From an uncultured Chloroflexia bacterium (lineage in GTDB: Bacteria > Chloroflexota > Ktedonobacteria > Ktedonobacterales > Ktedonobacteraceae): 64,000 bases of DNA. The translations under genes were made by a program, and so were the position numbers. Location of the stretch: NCBI GenBank assembly GCA_963850365.1, contig CAWKKX010000051.1, positions 195,863 through 259,862 of the forward strand, read 5' to 3'. The notes under the pieces were generated by a model. It was not told the DNA's origin. It made no database searches and saw only the letters and a list, made by a program, of their open reading frames with translations. Positions 61,613 to 64,000 of the stretch are shown here, piece by piece. The stretch's first letter is position 1. Every line of letters starts with the position of its first letter.

Positions 61613-62068
61613 ATGGCAGTCAAAGACAGCATAACCGAGTTGCCTGAACGCGCTTTAGGTAATAAAGATGATATTTTACGTACAGTGATCCTGGTTTTTG
61701 GTGATGTAATTGTATTTCTCGTTTTTGCGGCGATAGGTCGTCGTAGTCATGGAGAAGAGGCGGGCTTATCGGCAGCATTGCAGATTGCGACGACAGCCGT
61801 GCCATTTCTGTTGGGCTGGTTTCTGGTTGCACCCTTGATTGGTGCTTTTCGTCGCAATATTATGGCCGACCCGCTTAAAATGGCGCGTCGTACAGCTCTT
61901 GCATGGTTAGCAGCCTGGCCTGTTGCCATGCTCATCCGTGGACTACTTGTAGATCATGGCGTTCCACCATGGACATTCTGGCTCGTGGCTTTTCTTTCTA
62001 ACATAATCTTTTTACAGATATGGCGTCTGCCTTATGCTCTGGTCGCCAGACGCTTTAAGCGTGGTTGA
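61613..62068 (+). CDS. DUF3054-like membrane protein
   Basis: D...FLVFAAIGRRSH, PFLLGW, final WR. Confidence 0.75.
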   Translation: MAVKDSITELPERALGNKDDILRTVILVFGDVIVFLVFAAIGRRSHGEEAGLSAALQIATTAVPFLLGWFLVAPLIGAFRRNIMADPLKMARRTALAWLAAWPVAMLIRGLLVDHGVPPWTFWLVAFLSNIIFLQIWRLPYALVARRFKRG

Positions 62069-62112
62069 CCCTCGTGAAATGTATTGGTCTGTCAAACTTG
62101 ATTGCACGGGTC

Positions 62113-62243
62113 CCGCGTAGCGACAATCCCTTGTGGTTGTTGCGGTGGCCCAGCTCTACAGGCGGTTCCACGACGACCCCACAGGGGCACGGCAAGGACC
62201 CCATAGGGCCACCGCAACAACCACAAGGGTCGTCGCTACGCGG
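62113..62243. repeat. GTAG-family REP doublet (REPIN-like)
   Basis: GTAGCGACAATCCCTTGTGGTTGTT and the inverted GTAGCGACGACCCTTGTGGTTGTT within about 38-bp arms. Confidence 0.8.
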
Positions 62244-62438
62244 CCAGCCGCCAGATGAAGTGTGCCAGAGCAATATAGAGTTTCGGAACGTTTTGTTTCG
62301 CGTAGGTACTAAACGTACAGTGTCTCCTGCTAGCGTAATTATAAACAGCCGTATGCGTGTAATGATGGAGAGAAGTTAAGTTGTAAGCAGTAGCGTTATT
62401 GAGATGTGGCTCGTAAAAAAGTGAGGAGAAGAGCGGCA

Positions 62439-63215
62439 ATGGAGAATCAACAATCCTCTTTCATGCGTGAACAGTCTGGAGAAGAGGTGGAGGAAGTATT
62501 TGAGGTTGGGCCCATCTTTGAGGCTGTCAATAGAGACCCACGCGAGCAAGGATCATGGGAAAGGGCTATAGAGCGGGAGTATCAGGAGGGCTATGAAGGT
62601 CCATATCAGGGCCCAGCACACATCCAATCTATGGGTGAAAAGATTGTGCCACGCCGTTCCCAAATACCGGTTAGCTCCTGGCTAAGCCTGATGGTATTTG
62701 TCTTCTTGATACTTGCCTTTGCCGGTTTTATAACTGGTAGATACGATGGTTTGCAGGATAGAGGATATCGAGGGAATGACGGATATAATCAGCCATGGGG
62801 AGAAGGGTATAATCGGCCATGGGGTCGAGGAGATCAAGGGTATCATAGGTATGGTGGACGAGAGAATGGGGGGCGTTATGGGGGGAATAGATACGATAGA
62901 GGGGGGAATCGTGGGCCTAGTGTATTTGAGGTTTCAGATACTGCAACGCTTATTGTCAATGATAACCATGGCGCTGTACATGTGCATTTTGGCGGTCCCA
63001 ATCAGATCATTGTGACAGCCATAACACGCACTGAAGATGGCGAGATGCGTTATATACCTCTTGGCGCAGATACACTTATGTCTGATGGAAATACCGTTAC
63101 CGTCGATGTGAATAGCCTCCAGGGTGATGCAGCTCCGCAAGTTGATCTGGATATTACTGTGCCAGAGAGTGCAAACCTTAGTATCCATGCAAACAGCCAG
63201 AGCCAGGGAGAGTAG
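62439..63215 (+). CDS. Single-pass membrane protein with Gly/Tyr/Arg-rich repeats and an adhesin-like (DUF4097-like) beta domain
   Basis: Acidic N-terminus, TM, GYNxPWG repeats, VDLDITVP motif. Confidence 0.7.
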   Translation: MENQQSSFMREQSGEEVEEVFEVGPIFEAVNRDPREQGSWERAIEREYQEGYEGPYQGPAHIQSMGEKIVPRRSQIPVSSWLSLMVFVFLILAFAGFITGRYDGLQDRGYRGNDGYNQPWGEGYNRPWGRGDQGYHRYGGRENGGRYGGNRYDRGGNRGPSVFEVSDTATLIVNDNHGAVHVHFGGPNQIIVTAITRTEDGEMRYIPLGADTLMSDGNTVTVDVNSLQGDAAPQVDLDITVPESANLSIHANSQSQGE

Positions 63216-63359
63216 TTAGCATTGAAGATGAAATGTAAAGCTGTAAAGATGTCAGAAAACCTTTAATATATCTGACATCTTTTTTTCATGTGTGTGATAA
63301 TGTGGTGGCCAATAGGCAGAATGACGTTGTGAAATAAACGTATGTAAAGCAACGTAGCA

Positions 63360-64000
63360 TCATCGATCTTGCGCATTCTGGCCAAGGGGTTGAGTTGGTA
63401 TATTATTGTCGTCTTGCGTATGTTGTGCCCAGATCTCGTGGTCCGGCGCAAAGTCGTCCAGGTCTTTTTGCTCCTGCATATAGACTGCTGCTGGATCACT
63501 GGCTGTCATATGTTGATCAGGAGGTATGTTATTAATAGTTGGTTCGTTGGAAGACGTGAGCATATCCTGCGTCTTGTCTGGCAGGCTGTTCTTTCTTGTG
63601 CCGACGGCTATTTGTAATGATCCAACCTATGAATAGCAGCAGGAGGATGACAAGTATGCCACTTACAGCTAACAGTATGATGTAATCGCTAGCAAGCGGT
63701 TTCGTATTTTGTTGTGGCAATTGCTCTTTTTGTGCTGCGCGATTGACATAGGCCAAAAATGGAGTAATTGCTTTAAAGCCAGGATAGGCCTGCATGATTT
63801 TCTTAAAGTCCCTTTGCGCTTGATGCCAGTGACCTGATCGCGTCGAGGTATAATCTGCGAAAGCCTGTTGCCAGGCCTTTTGCAATTTGCCCGGTCTGGT
63901 ATCTAATTTCAGACTGGACAACCATGTCTTTGCATTATTGCTAACCTGTAAAAATGTACTGCCATAGGGAGGAGAAGTTTCTAGTCCAAAGCTCACGATG
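63360..64000 (-). CDS. C-terminal part of a membrane-anchored protein, possibly a trypsin-like protease (partial; possible frameshift near 63565)
   Basis: Frame open from the right edge (IVSFG...), helical segment, TM; the tail may continue in the +1 frame to 63360. Confidence 0.5.

Noticed and set aside
62065-62379. 104-aa ORF
   Set aside because: Spans the REP doublet, has no RBS and no protein-like features.
1-64000. tRNA, rRNA, transposase, prophage or defence genes
   Set aside because: None recognisable by inspection.

Overview
Bacterial chromosomal window. Gene content and protein styles suggest a filamentous Chloroflexota, probably Ktedonobacteria (inference, not verified). From left to right it contains: (1) a tandemly duplicated signalling module (MerR-HTH/GAF/degenerate-GGDEF regulator divergent from an atypical ECF-like sigma factor), with a P-loop NMP-kinase-like gene; (2) nadE and an apparent operon of Ser/Thr kinase-ridA-dnaA-HAD phosphatase; (3) GT4, map, a macrodomain protein and HU; (4) a dcw cluster (mraZ to ftsZ, lacking murE/F, mraY, murD) preceded by tandem DnaA boxes and MraZ repeats; (5) a caa3-type cytochrome c oxidase locus with assembly genes; (6) a fused His-kinase/OmpR-type regulator with an Asp-less receiver; (7) a GlcNAc PTS/nag cluster with a DasR/NagR-type regulator and dre sites; (8) a System I cytochrome c maturation cluster with a Cys-type CcmE. 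The main hunt results are the duplicated MerR-GAF-GGDEF*/sigma module; three proteins sharing one oxidase-type 'SxWP + 2 TM' hairpin (stand-alone, fused to 2xBON, fused to a receiver); a dispersed family of long perfect palindromes with a companion mini-hairpin; and a GTAG REP doublet. About eight genes carry apparent +1 frameshifts, most likely assembly errors.
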